From the NCBI RefSeq assembly GCF_002571385.2, contig NW_019218005.1:305253-369252 (forward strand): 64,000 nt of DNA, read 5' to 3'. Under the pieces are notes generated by a model. It was given only the letters and a program-made list of their open reading frames with translations. It was not told the origin of the DNA and did not search any database. The first letter of the stretch is position 1. Each line of letters opens with the position of its first letter. Shown piece by piece: positions 25,602 through 37,800 of this stretch. The position numbers and the translations under genes are program-made. The stretch is from Stylophora pistillata. Its lineage: Eukaryota.

Positions 25602-27365
25602 GTGACCTTCTTTGGGAAAACGTACACTAACAATATTCCATTAAACGTTAGAAAACTAACGGATAGCTAACGGCTTTTCAGACGTTCTAACGGTTTGTCC
25701 TAATGCTGAAACGGTTTATCCTAACGCTCAAACGATTTGTCCTAACACTCTAACGGTTTGTCCTAACGCTCAAATGATTTGTCCTAACACTCTAACGGTT
25801 TGTCCTTACGCTCAAACGATTTGTCCTAACACTCTAACGGTTTGTCCTAATGCTCAAACGATTTGTCTTAACTCTTTAACAGTTTGTCGTAACGCTCAAA
25901 CGATTTGTCCTAACGCTCTACCGGTTTGTCCTAAAGCTCTAATGGTTAATCCAAACATTCTAACGCTTTGTCCCTACGTCTTAACGGTTTGTCCTGCTGC
26001 ACTAATGGTTGGTCCGCCTGTTTCACTTTCCTCCTTATGGTTCACCAAAATGGTACAAGCGGTCGATCGAAAAAAGTACGGAGCAAGGAAGTGTAAAATG
26101 GTGTTGCAAAGTCTTTTTGAAAACAGGTAACTGGCTGAAGGATTTTAACGCAGAAAGAGTCCGCTTTGACGATTGTGAAAATCACCAATGATCAGGCGAA
26201 TCAAGTCTTCTTCAGACGGGCAAATCAACGTTCTGCAAAACAACTGCTATGGACATCCGATGGACATCTGCACCGGTCTTCTTTTTGCAGTCCTTCTTCC
26301 TTTTCCTTAGAGCACCGTATAATTCTAGAGACCGTACTTTTTGCAACAATGATGATTTCTGTGCTGAGAATTCTGAAAATTTCCGTACGTGACCTGCCAG
26401 CATTTGCCAAACAGAGTATCCGGAAATTGCGAATGCATTCACCATACACGTTTCTACTTTATTAAACCGGGGTATAATTTTTTGTTATATTACGTTTGGG
26501 ATCCTCAATTGCGTTCGTTATAACGAGAATTTCATTATATCGAGTTTCTTTTAATCGAAGTTCTATTCCATACAATTTACTGTAACTTTTGCCTGGCTGA
26601 AGAATATCGTTCGGTATACTGAGAACTTCGAGTTTTAAATCAAGAATTTTGAAAGCTTGGTGTTTTTTAAGTTGGAATTTATCCGTTACCAGGGTAACAA
26701 CCTTAAGGAAGCCTGGAGCCAAGAACGAAAACATTGCGAACAGAGCGTGGATAATTTTTTAATCTCTTCCACCAAAATAAAATAATAGTGTTTAACTTCG
26801 ATAGATCTGAAGGCCATGAGCACACCAAATATCAAGAATTTTCATCAACACAGCTCGGCAAGGTATTAATGTTCCCTAGCTGAATCCTACATTGAACTTT
26901 TTAGTCAGTTCATGCAACAGTCCATATAACAAGAGGGTAAGAGAGAAAAAAATCAATTATACATCGGCTTATGCTTTATACATACGACTCACGCTCCAAC
27001 AAGTAAAGATCAGGATACTAACAGATTTACTAACGTCACTAACGGATACGAGTAACGGACTGCAAAACCCCTCTAATGGATAGAGCTAAAGTTCTAGCAG
27101 ATACAACTAACGTTCTAACGAATTCAACTAATGCTCTAACGAATTCAACTAACGCTCTAACGGATTCAACTGACACTCTAACGAATTCAACTTACGCTCT
27201 AACAAATTCAACTAATGCTCTAACGGTTAGGGATAAGATGCTAACGAATTGACTAATGCCTCTAACGGTTTTCGTTTATTTATCTAATGGATGACTAACG
27301 GATAGCTAACGGTCTAGACCATCTAACGGAATATCGTTGGTGTACATTTTCCCAAAGAAGGTCAC
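25602..27365. mobile_element. Non-autonomous TIR transposon (1764 bp) with subterminal 21-bp minisatellites and an AAAT target duplication
   Basis: ~45-bp imperfect TIR gtgaccttctttgggaaaa.gtacac.aac.atattcc.tta. AAAT at 25598-601 and 27366-69. 21-bp arrays at ~25680-26010 and ~27090-27270. Confidence 0.8.
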
Positions 27366-27739
27366 AAATAGGCTGTTGGGACTCAGTCAAAGGTGACCAT
27401 GACCACTTAGTAAAAGTAGAAATTACAGTATCCAACCCTCTAACTCCCAAGATTTGATAGTTAATTCTCCCCTCTAGCTGCTACACATTTCCTTGTAAAT
27501 TAATCATGAGAATTTGGTGTTCAATCAAGGTAACAACTTCTACCTGATAAGTTTAAGTATTCTCATTACCTGTTTGTAGGATCATGTATGGATATTATAG
27601 GGAGAAGTTACGGGCTAATCACTTCTGGGATTTAAAGGGTTAAGGGGAAACCATTTTAGGACTTTAACAACTGATCACTTACAAGTAATACAGGTTGACT
27701 ATAATAAAGTAGGAGCACATGCATCCTGTATCTACTCAC

Positions 27740-27843
27740 AAGCATCTTCTCCCTCATCTTGCTTGTAAATGGAAAGATCTTTTGCGCTGATTTTATTAAT
27801 GGCTGCACGAGTTATAAGTGCAGCAACAGCTTCAGGAGCTCCA
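27740..27843 (-). CDS. PPM1E/F-like exon 2 (not in the ORF track)
   Basis: tttaag|...|gtgagt. Encodes GAPEAVAALITRAAINKISAKDLSIYKQ. Phases 2/1 fit exons 1 and 3. Confidence 0.8.
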
Positions 27844-29813
27844 CTTAAAAGAAAACATCATAGTCAGAGAACTGAGTTAGAATTCATATGGATGAATAGA
27901 CTCTTAAATAGCTCACAAGGTACTGGCCTAAACCTTAGCCTGGTCACCATGCTATGTTTTTAAGCAAGATACCATATTGTTGCTAAGCCTCTCCACCCTG
28001 GAGTACATGTATGGATGTGTACCAAGAAACTACTTGGGAAACCTGTCTGGGAGGAGGAAAGAAGCAAAGGGAGGGAGGGAGGGACAGAGGCACCCCACAA
28101 GTCACAATACTCTTGGTCACTTCATGCTGACTTGCTAGCATCACTGAAGCCGCTTGAACCAAAGTTTGTCAACTTTAAAAGTTGCACATATACCGTATAT
28201 ATCCCGTAGATGCAACATGTGATTAAAATACTTCAAGCATAGAACTCTCTTTAATTATGGCAGGTGCAAACTTGGAATCTGCATAATTTAAGTTTAAATA
28301 CAGTGTAGTTTCATGTACATCTTTTGTGTCTAATGGCTAATATAGCTTATTTATTCATTTTTGTATATCACTTTTGTACTTGTATATGTACGAATCCTGT
28401 TATTAAAACCTTCAGTCTTCAATGGTACGACGTTGTCTCTACTTTACAGCACACAATGAAAAGAAATGTTAACAGTTACCTGATACCTGTTTTTCAGTTT
28501 TTTGTTTCTGAATTTAATTCAGTTAAACCAGGTTTAACTAAATATGTTTTGCTAGTATGAAAGGGTTAGAGACTTAAAGGCTGTGCTCTTAGAAAAATTG
28601 AAGGGAGCCCAGTGCTCCCAAACTGTGAAATCCAGGGTGCCCAGCATATGCTTTTTATGAAAAAAACTAAGATTCCTGAGTCACCCAAGAGCAAAAGTAA
28701 GGCACCAGGGACCACTGGGTGTTGTTAGACCACAGCCCTGGACTTTTTACCAATTTACCTTTAAGCATATTTACATGCAAGTCTTATTACGAATAAGCAA
28801 ATAAAATTTCTTTTATTGACCCTTGGACTATAGAACAGCTCTTAATACAGTCACCTCATTCTTATCAAAGTCTAGGCATTGGTTTTTAAGCTCAAGCTTT
28901 TGTTTTAAAAAAAATAAAAAGTTGTCTTTCTTCTGTCAGAAAAATATGATCAAATACAGGTTTTCTCTCAGCAGGGTAGTGATGGCAACCAAAATAAGAA
29001 TGACTTGAATTTACGTTTATTCAGTATGCAACAAATATGTGCTGATATTTTAGTCAAGTAGAAATTATTTTTCCTTCGAAACGATGTACGTGTAATCATA
29101 AACTTTTAACTGTACCGTACGCTTTGAAAATTCTCGTACAAGAATAAATCGCCCTGACCCTGCAATATTCTTTTAATAATTTTTTTTTCGTTTGACCTAG
29201 CTTTTATCGAAAAGATAATATCAACACCCACCCATGATAAATATAGACTGTCCGATCTGTAACTCATATACTGTCTATATCTGAAAGATATCGGCGACTT
29301 ACGTTGACAACCAAAATATTGGCGATAGAATGACACGTTTTGAACTTTGAGGCGATGGTAAACTTATTACACGTACACGCACTCAAACCTGTTACTTTAA
29401 ACATAATGAAGCAATTTTGCTCAAAACACGCTCAAAATAAAACAATATTGATGCAATTAACTTTGCTGAACGAGCTTATCCCACCTCGGGCAGAAAATCG
29501 CTTTAAAAAATAAATTCTATTACCGTCCAAGCTTGTTAAATCAAATTCTTTGGTTTCTTTTCGTCCGAGACCACAATCACACAAAACAATCTCAAGCGTG
29601 AAAAGTGTTTCTTTCTTTACAAAACGACAGGGGTCATAAATCATTTTAATTTTTCAAACAGAAGGTTTTTGAATTCCAATCCCCGTTGCAGTATTCAAAC
29701 CTATATGTAAACACACACAACACGAAGGACAGTTTCCACTCGAAAGTAAACACAGCTATCTCACGCCAAAATGGCTCAATTATCAATCTACTAGGATCTT
29801 AGACAGCCCTTAC

Positions 29814-30001
29814 CTTTTATCGAGGTACTGCGTGCACCATTCAATGCTCTCTCCTTCCAATTCATTGATAGAAATTGATAGAGGGGTAACTCGAAATGGT
29901 AGCGGTTCGTCCTCTCCGAAAGCGTCGGGTCGAAGCGCCACAAATCGACGCAAGAATTCGATTGTCTGCTGTACTTCCTCCTCCGTAAATAGCACACTCA
30001 T
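29814..30001 (-). CDS. PPM1E/F-like exon 1
   Basis: ATG at 30001, donor aaag|gtaag. FLRRFVALRPDAFGEDEPLPFRVTPLSISINELEGE resembles the PPM1E/F N-terminal domain. Confidence 0.8.
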
Positions 30002-30809
30002 GGCCAGGAGAGATTTGTAATGGTGGAAGCCTTACACATGTGGAGGAATGTCAAACAACTCATCGCATGCTTTACAAGACATTCTAAGCACGTACGTTAT
30101 ACTGTGACCGTCGAACCCGCGTTCGAAGAGAATTGTGGGTCACGATTGATCGATTTTTCGTCACGGTCGACGCCAGGTCACGTAAATCGCAGCTTGCGGT
30201 CATCGGACGTAAAGCCATCGAAACGGTAAGTACTTTGGTGTAATCCTTAATGTATACGTATAATACAAGATTCTCGCAGTAGAGAGCGCTATTTATGCAA
30301 TAGCGAAAATCAGACCAGAAAAAAAAATAATGTATGTTAATGAATGCAAATGACCATGTATTCCCATATGTTCTTCTGTATTGATGCATGTATGAAGGAT
30401 TTCACCATGTACCCACTATCAAAACTGGTGGAGATCCCAGTGACTCAAGGAAGAGTTCTTTCAAAAGCACTCTCAAAAAATGTCAACAACTACACTGTCT
30501 AGGGAGGCGATGAAGGAGTACCTAAATATTTTATGAATATATATTTTCAAAATATACAGAGCATTACATGTACACGTTCATTCGAACGATTTATCTTTTC
30601 AAGGACAAAGTGTATATCCACGCGTGGCCATGCAATATTCTTTGCAAAACGAGGATGAGATGTAGATATGCAGGTCCTCTTCCATTGTCTTTGTTGTTGA
30701 TGTTCCTGTTGTTGATTATTTTGGTAGTCAGGCATCTAAAATTTTGAATTCAGTTTGTTATTCACCCAGGGTTCCTTAAAGTTAAGAGGACGATGCAATA
30801 ATGAATTAT

Positions 30810-31175
30810 GAACAGTGGAACAGTAAAAGAGAGGAACAGTGAAACAATGGAACAGTGGAACAGTGGAACAGTAGAACAGTGGAACAGTGAAAGAATAGAA
30901 CAGTGGAACGGTAGAACAGTACAACAGTAGAACGGTGGAACAGTGGAAGAGAAGAACAGTGAGACAGCAGAACAGTGGAACAGTAAAGAGTGGAACAGTA
31001 GAACAGTAAAGAGTGGAACAGTAGAACAGTGGAACAGTAGAACAGTGGAACAGTAGAACAGTGGAACATTGGAACAGTGGAACATTGGAACAGTGGAGCA
31101 ATGGAGCAGTGGAGCAGTGAGTGGAACAGTGTAGCAATGGAGAAGTGGAGCAGTGAAACAGAGAAACAATGGAAC
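30810..31175. repeat. 8-bp minisatellite (GAACAGTR)n
   Basis: Degenerate tandem gaacagtg/gaacagta units. They explain the three overlapping repetitive ORFs. Confidence 0.9.
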
Positions 31176-32587
31176 ATATAAGATTAATAAAGGAAAATGC
31201 ATCCCTCGAAAGCTACAACTGGACCAAGCATATGATGAAAGAACAGATTTCCTGACTGTGATATAGTTTCTTGATGTGGACGTAAAACCTTGAAAGATTT
31301 CTCCCGTTTTCACTGACGGAGCTTTCAATTAAAGAAAACAAATCAGAAGTTATGGTCATACCGTGACCGAAGCGCTATCAAAATTTACATTACGCTACTG
31401 AAAAAGCCCAATTAAGAAAGAAAGTTTTCAAAGAACACGTGGCATCTGGAGAAATCTAATTAAGCAATAAGAAACGCACTCTCTACTAGTTCACCGGCGT
31501 AACAACCCACGCGGAATATTGGAAAAACACGAAAAAAGTGAGTCACGAGGTCGGTTTAACAAAGGAACAGTAAGTTCTTAACCAGTCAGGGTGCTCGAAG
31601 GATCTAAGGTCTACGTTGATGTATGATTGCTAGAAATCTCTTGACAAACCATGCTTTAAATGCAAAGCATTTTATTTCTTAAAACGACATTTATCTTTTT
31701 TCTTTATACATGGACACAGATTTATATCCAGAAATAAATACATTTTACAAAAACTCTACACTTCTAATCCAACATAATTTAAGATTTACATACATAAATA
31801 GATGTCTGACATAAATTAAATTAAAGATTTGAAATTCGTTTTAAATTTTAGTTTACACCAATATTCAAGACGCCAGAGGAGCGGTCCTTACTAGCAATTC
31901 CTGTCTCCTACGCAGCCAATCCTTGGTTTCTCACGCAAAGTTCCTCTAAGTTGCGTGACACGTTGCGTGATACAGCAATAGACGTCTGCGAACGAGATTG
32001 TGGGGACATTTCCAAGGATACTACTACGTACTACGTTTGTATGACTAATAAAACTCCGCGAAAGACGTGATGAAGGTGAAGCTACCGATTACATTTCTTT
32101 GAACAAATCGTATTTCCTTCTTCGTTTTCAACGTAGAGTTACTTTTTACTAATTTTTAGATGAATAAAATCTAAGGAAATCTCACTCGCCGTGAATTTCG
32201 CGTGAACAAATTTATGAAGTTTTCCCCCAAGTTAACATCTTCAGCGCTAACTTGTGGCCGCCATCTTATGGGTTAAATAGAAACCCAAATTCGTTTCTTT
32301 TTTTTCGGTAAAAAAAGCTATATACAACACATGGGCTTGGAAGAAAGAATGAATGAAAAAAACATTGTCTTCATAAACGGAAACCGCCTGTAAGGTTAGA
32401 AATCTGTGTCTAGAGAACGGTTTATACGTCATTCTTTCAACGCAATTCAGAAACAGCCATAAGCCATGACTACCCAAGATAGTAGGTTTGCACTAAGCCT
32501 AAACTGTTAATTAAATCCTTTTTATATTCATGTCATCTTCTTTTGTGCCGTCGCTGAAACTCGGTTTAAAATTCTTTAGCTTACGGC

Positions 32588-32790
32588 CAGGCCCTCATTA
32601 TCAGCGCTGGAGGTCGCGCGTTTCTGCGCCTGCTGGAAGACTTGAGACGAGTCAGGGGTAGGCTTACTGGAAGTCTAGCACTAGTGCCTGAGCCCTTGCT
32701 GTCATCTCGCCAGCTGGCGTGGCTCCAGATCTCATACATTCCCGCGGGAGAAGATAACACTCGTGCTAAAGCGCTCATAATGACGGCCTG
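32588..32790. other. GC-rich self-complementary element in the predicted 3'UTR
   Basis: 21-bp inverted arms match at 19/21 and enclose further nested stems (see findings). Confidence 0.55.
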
Positions 32791-33049
32791 CTCACAGGCC
32801 TCGACTTGTCACTGATATGAGGCTTATATCAACACTTCAACTCACTGCATTTCTTCGTGTATGTTAACCAACCATTATTTCAGCCAGTTTTCGTCAACAC
32901 ATTCTTTTTAAGACTAACAAGGTGCTGTAAATATATATATATATTTAACAATCGTTTAAGCTGAACTGTCCGGCGCAATAATGTTCAAAACACCATGTGT
33001 TGAGTCGTGCAAAGGAGGTACGATGAAAAGATATGGAGCTTGAAGTGAA

Positions 33050-33103
33050 CTACGGACGTTTATTTTGGTTACATTCCCTGTTGTGTGTTCCCCACGCGGA
33101 GAG
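33050..33103 (-). CDS. Tudor-PHD-MYND protein, exon 6 (completes the MYND finger, not in the ORF track)
   Basis: ttgcag|CTC TCC GCG TGG... = LSAWGTHNRECNQNKRP*, which supplies the W..H...C end of the MYND motif in phase 0. Confidence 0.88.
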   Translation of the reverse strand, partial: LSAWGTHNRECNQNKRP

Positions 33104-33159
33104 CTGCAAGTTTAAAAATATTATTTTTCATAAGCTAACTGCATGCCACTATTCTATTT

Positions 33160-33420
33160 TATAAGATAAGCTGAATTATACGCGCTTCTTGATTGGTTCT
33201 TCCTTCTTACTCTGGAGGACAGAGGCATAAAGGACGACATAATTCAGAGCATTTTGCTCCTTCATCATAAAGCTATAATAGGTCGTTTGTCTATACAGTA
33301 ACAGATTACAGTAAACGTCAAAACGAGGTAAGATTACAGTAAACGTCAAAACGAGGTAAGAACATCAGTCTTATGGGATCTATTACTGCGCAGACGCGCG
33401 GCAATATGGAATTTATTTGT
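33160..33420. repeat. Interspersed repeat related to ~520-685, with an internal 28-bp tandem duplication (33303-33358)
   Basis: Shares gtcaaa..ggtaaga and gatc.attactg..cagac motifs with 520-685. agattacagtaaacgtcaaaacgaggta occurs twice. Confidence 0.55.
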
Positions 33421-33638
33421 TAATTAGATCAATAATGCAAACACTAAAATTTTGGGTTGAATAACATTACTCAGTAAGAAAGGAAGATGTTCCTTACAAC
33501 AGGCGAACCTCAGACCTTCCGGAATCTGGAACGATTCTAATGAATTGCTTTTTGGAAAATGTATTACTAATTATATTGCGAAGAGAACCAACACGCTAAT
33601 TTTGATACTAAAATCAAAGGCGTGATTAGCTTTCTTAC

Positions 33639-34493
33639 CTGACACTCTGAGCTGCAGTACCAAGCCGCCTGACAGCCAGAACACAGGAACGACGCTTCAC
33701 GCTTGCACACTGAGCAGCGGTTAACTCCATCATGTTCCGCCTTCCCGGTGCCTTTATTTTCCTCCCGTTGAGATGTCAGGGGACCTGCCTTGGAGGCCAT
33801 GAGCCCCTGTAAAGGAGCATTCATGTGCGCTTCAGCTCTTTTACGATCAATAACTGCTTGACTAGGTCTCACTGCTTGGTCACGATTGCGATGCCACAGA
33901 GAATCCCGTTCAAACATCGCACTGTTTGCCGCTTTTCTCAAATGTTCATTTTCCAGAGGACGACTGACTCTGACGTCACCAGCTTCACTCAGTTTGTCTC
34001 TTACTTGAGAAGAGTTCCCTATAAGGTTTTTGGGACTCGCGATCTCAGGTCGGTCTTTCCTTTCAAGATTAAGCACATTTGCACTGGAGCTCAAGTGCTT
34101 GGAATGTTGAGCGGACGGAGAAATTGAACGTTCCATGAGTTTCAGTCTTTTCACTCTCTCGTACTCCTCGCGATCCGATACGTGACTGAACTGTGGGGGA
34201 GAAGGATGCCGCATAATAATTCCACCTTGACAGTCGATTTCACTGAATCTTCGTTTTCTCTCCTCTGCGATTCTTTCCATGAAGAGAAGGCGTTCGTGAT
34301 CTGTGATTCGTTTCTCACGCGCTCTCATTGCGTCCAAGTGATCTCGCTTTTGTTCCATTCTCAGTTGATGTTCTTTGCTGAACACAAGAGGGTTAACTTT
34401 GTCTTTGAGCTCTGCATGAAGAAGTCTTCTGTTGGCCTCGATTTGCTCCAGACTCAGTCGTTGTCTTTCCCGCTCTCTCTCGCGTTCAATGTC
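33639..34493 (-). CDS. Tudor-PHD-MYND protein, exon 5 (R/E-rich coiled coil and MYND first part)
   Basis: tgatag|GAC ATT GAA...|gtaaga, 855 nt, phase 0/0. Ends CSVCKREASFLCSGCQAAWYCSSECQ. Confidence 0.88.
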
Positions 34494-34831
34494 CTATCAA
34501 GGTAGTGGCAAATAATAGATCTAATTAATACACCGTCCAACAGTTCAAACGTTTCTATTGCCTGTAAAGGTACTGTGGCTATGGACTGTTCCAAGGACTT
34601 TTGATAGGTGGAAACTATCGCGGTTACCTTAAAAGTACATTTTCACTTGACTAATTCAAATCTGAAATCAGGAAAATTTTTGAAACGATGATCTACATTA
34701 TACTCATAATAATCAGCTTTTGTTTATTTGTTGTTGTTGTTTTTTTTTGTTTTTTTTTTTTTTCAACTATATAATGTATACATGACATTTAGATTTGCAA
34801 GGTAGATTTGCTCTCTTATTATTGCACTCAC

Positions 34832-37800
34832 CTGTCTGATGTGAGGTGGCACATTCTTACCAACCTCTGCTAAGAGACCCGCAGGCTTCCCAGCTGCAGC
34901 AGCCAGACGTTCCATGGCTTGACGTGAGTTCATCACGAGACCATATTCCCGAGAAACAAGGGAACTGGGTGGGGAATACATGTGAATATCGGAGGGCAAT
35001 CGAATGGATTCGGGCCCCCGTCGCTCCAACGAACCATCTGGTCGGACAAAAACGGACTTTGCACTCTGGGATCCGCCCTTACTCATAGGCAAGGATGAAG
35101 CCATCCGACTGAGAAGCTCGCGATGAGACGTTTCCGACCCTCTGACTGCTTCACCACGCCTATGCATCTCTAACTCATGTAGAGCTGCCATCCGGGGATC
35201 CACTCTAGGGTCCATCCTTCCTTGGACAGAAGAAGACATCGGAAATGGTCTGTCTGGATAAGCTTTCTGACGGAGAGGAGGCGAGATATTAAATGGCATT
35301 CTCGACCTCTTCCCACTATCTCCAGCACGGAGTAGTAAGAGGTCTTCAGGGCGCTCTCGTTCGGAGACAGGTATCCTGGTGCCTTCTTTGTCTCTCAAAT
35401 CCATTCTTGGGTCTTTTTCTTTGAGTTGAAACAGCTCTAAATTTGTGCCTCTTGCCTTGAGCTCTCCTGATTGCTCTAAGCGGAGCCTGTGTTCCATTTC
35501 GGGACTGAGGCCTTCTCTTGCACGTTCTTCTTTATTACTAGTTTGTCTCACTTTTTCATCCAACAGTCGAAGGCCTGGGTTTGTGATGCTAGAATTGCCG
35601 TGCGAAGAATCGGCGTTTCGCTCTCTCTCCAGTCGACCAGCATGTTCTAAGATTTCTACATCTCGAGGGCTTGCTTCTTTGGCTGAATGCATCCTTAGCA
35701 ATGGTGACGAATATCCTCTACTCAACTCCTCACGCCTCTGCCTATCAGAGGACACTCTTACATCTGCTTCATCCAATGGTCGAAGACGTGGAGGTCCAGG
35801 CTTGATAAATTCACCCGTGATAGAGCCAGGCTTCCTTTCGTCTACTAGACGTCTCAATGAAACGGCCTGATCCCTCTTGTCTACTGGCGAAATGGAAGTC
35901 GAGCTCGGTCCCCGCCCGGGAGAGATTAAGGTAGAATCCTTTGAATGCGGAGGGGTTGTAAACTTGGCTGGTCCGCGGGAAGGAGAAGTGAGGCCAGAGA
36001 CAACAAGTTCCCCTGGATGCACCTTGACGCCTTCGTCAATCTTTATCCGTAACATTTCTTCTTCTCTTCTGCGATTTAGATCAGACAAAGTGAGAGGCTG
36101 ATGGAGGGGTCTCCGCTCGTACAGTGAGGTCATGTGAGGTACCACGCGTTCCCTGGGAGATCTTTCAGGTGACTTCTGGAGTTGATGGGGAGAAAGCAAG
36201 TGATCGCTTCCGAAGCGGCGGACTTTATCGTCATGTAAAGTTTCAAGTTCTCTCAGACTTGCAGGGGAATGCTTCCCAATTTGCTGAAGATGGGACAGCA
36301 TCAGTGGAGGGCGCTTTCCTGGGACATGCGCAATGGGCTTTACCACTTTGGGTGTCTGGAGGTTTGCTTTGTCCCCTAGAGTGTCTCTATCGGGTGGGGA
36401 CTGCTTATCCGGCTGGTACGCCTGAAATTCTGGTTGTCGGCATTGGCTTTTGTCGCACTCACGACGATCACGTGACATAACTGCAGACAAATGGTCGTGG
36501 CTGTGAGGGCCAAAGGCGCGCACTGGGCCATGATGACCAGGAATGTCCAAGTGCATACCTCTAGGGCTGTTGCCATGGAAAGGGCAGTTCACGTCCCGCT
36601 TACAAGGTATTCCTGACTTCATGTTTCCGTGCATGTGGTGTCCACAGTTGGTTGCGGGGTATCGACCTGCCTGTGACAAAGGACCACCAAACATTCCAGG
36701 CCCAGGTATGGCTCCACTGTGGGTTAGAAGATGCGGTGTGAACGTTCTGGGTGAGTAACTCTTTAAATGGGGCGAGGTTGGACCGAGACCTGGTGAAATA
36801 GGCATGCCATTCCCATCATGCATCGGGACAACAGGAATCAAAATGGCGGCGCGATGGGGTGGCACGTGCATAGGGCGGCTGAATTTCTCCTTCATACTTC
36901 CAGGAATGGTAGGAGTCACAGCACCAAAAGGCTTCTTTAGCGAAGAGTAAGGCACTGCTTTATCAGGGGGAGAATTGCTTATTGATTTTGGAGGTGATTT
37001 GTGTCCTTCCTTTTGGCTTGAATCGTTATGTTTGGTGCTGGACTGCTCATAGCTTGATTTTGAGCTATGACTAACCTCTCGTGTTTCTTCCAGTCCACGT
37101 TTCTTTTTCTCATCATCATCGTCGAGAATCTCGATGGGGCTGATAACCTTACGCTGTTGCTCTGTTTCAGTCGAAGCTGGTTCGCTATTTCTTGGGGTCC
37201 CTGACGTCAATCCCTCTTTATCCTGGAGCGGTTCGTGGAAAACTTCTTTTTCAGGTACAATCTTTCGGAGCTTTGGTAAAGGCTCCAAACCAGAAGCTTC
37301 CTTAGACGGTAAGGTGTGTTTCAATGGAGGTGGGGGGGGCTTGTTATCCGTTGGTTTAAAACCACTTTCGTTTCCGCCGGTGGATTCAGGTGAGGATGGT
37401 TTAAGTCGAGGCAACGTTTTAGGTACATTTGGTGGAAATTTTCTTCGCAAGAAACTCTGACGAAGTTCATTTTGAAAGTCGTCCTTCGGTGAAGTTGTGG
37501 GATCTTCATGATCGCTGAGTTGTTTTGGAGAAAATGCGCTACGGTTTTCTGGTTTTTCGGGTTTTTCGGGCGATAACTGAACCGGCGACGTTCTCACGAT
37601 GTCTTTATCTACAGCGTTCTCGTTTTCTCCAGAAGGAGAGAGCTCGTTCTCTCTGATGATTTGGTTACCTTCGTTGCCTTGCTCCTCCTTTGCATCTTTT
37701 GCAGACTGCACAGTATCCTCAGCGCACAGTTTGTTCTGTTGCAGCAGCCGTTCCACAAGCCAGTTATGCCTCGGCAGATCACGTGCGTATCGGTTTTGAC

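Larger units (their letters stand above)
25165..27700. mobile_element. Outer Tc1/mariner-like MITE hosting nested insertions
   Basis: Termini tacagtcaaacctgaatta ... taatacaggttgactata. Internal tgaccactta/taatacagg motifs occur on both sides of the inserts. Confidence 0.55.

Noticed and set aside
25680-27270. CRISPR-like array, or the repeat protein ORF 25774..26130
   Set aside because: Contiguous tandem units with no unique spacers and no cas genes, lying in a eukaryotic intron inside a TIR element.
30736-31328. Three overlapping Cys/Leu-rich ORFs
   Set aside because: Stop-free translations of an 8-bp minisatellite.
32581-32778. 65-aa ORF, and the alternative MYND-completing exon WLTYTKKC at ~32830-32880
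   Set aside because: The exon at 33050-33103 has a proper acceptor and the conserved W..H...C. These alternatives lie in the predicted 3'UTR.
32775-32825. SECIS element (ATGA...TGA hairpin)
   Set aside because: No apical AA at the required spacing, it is on the strand opposite the gene, and no gene here needs UGA readthrough.
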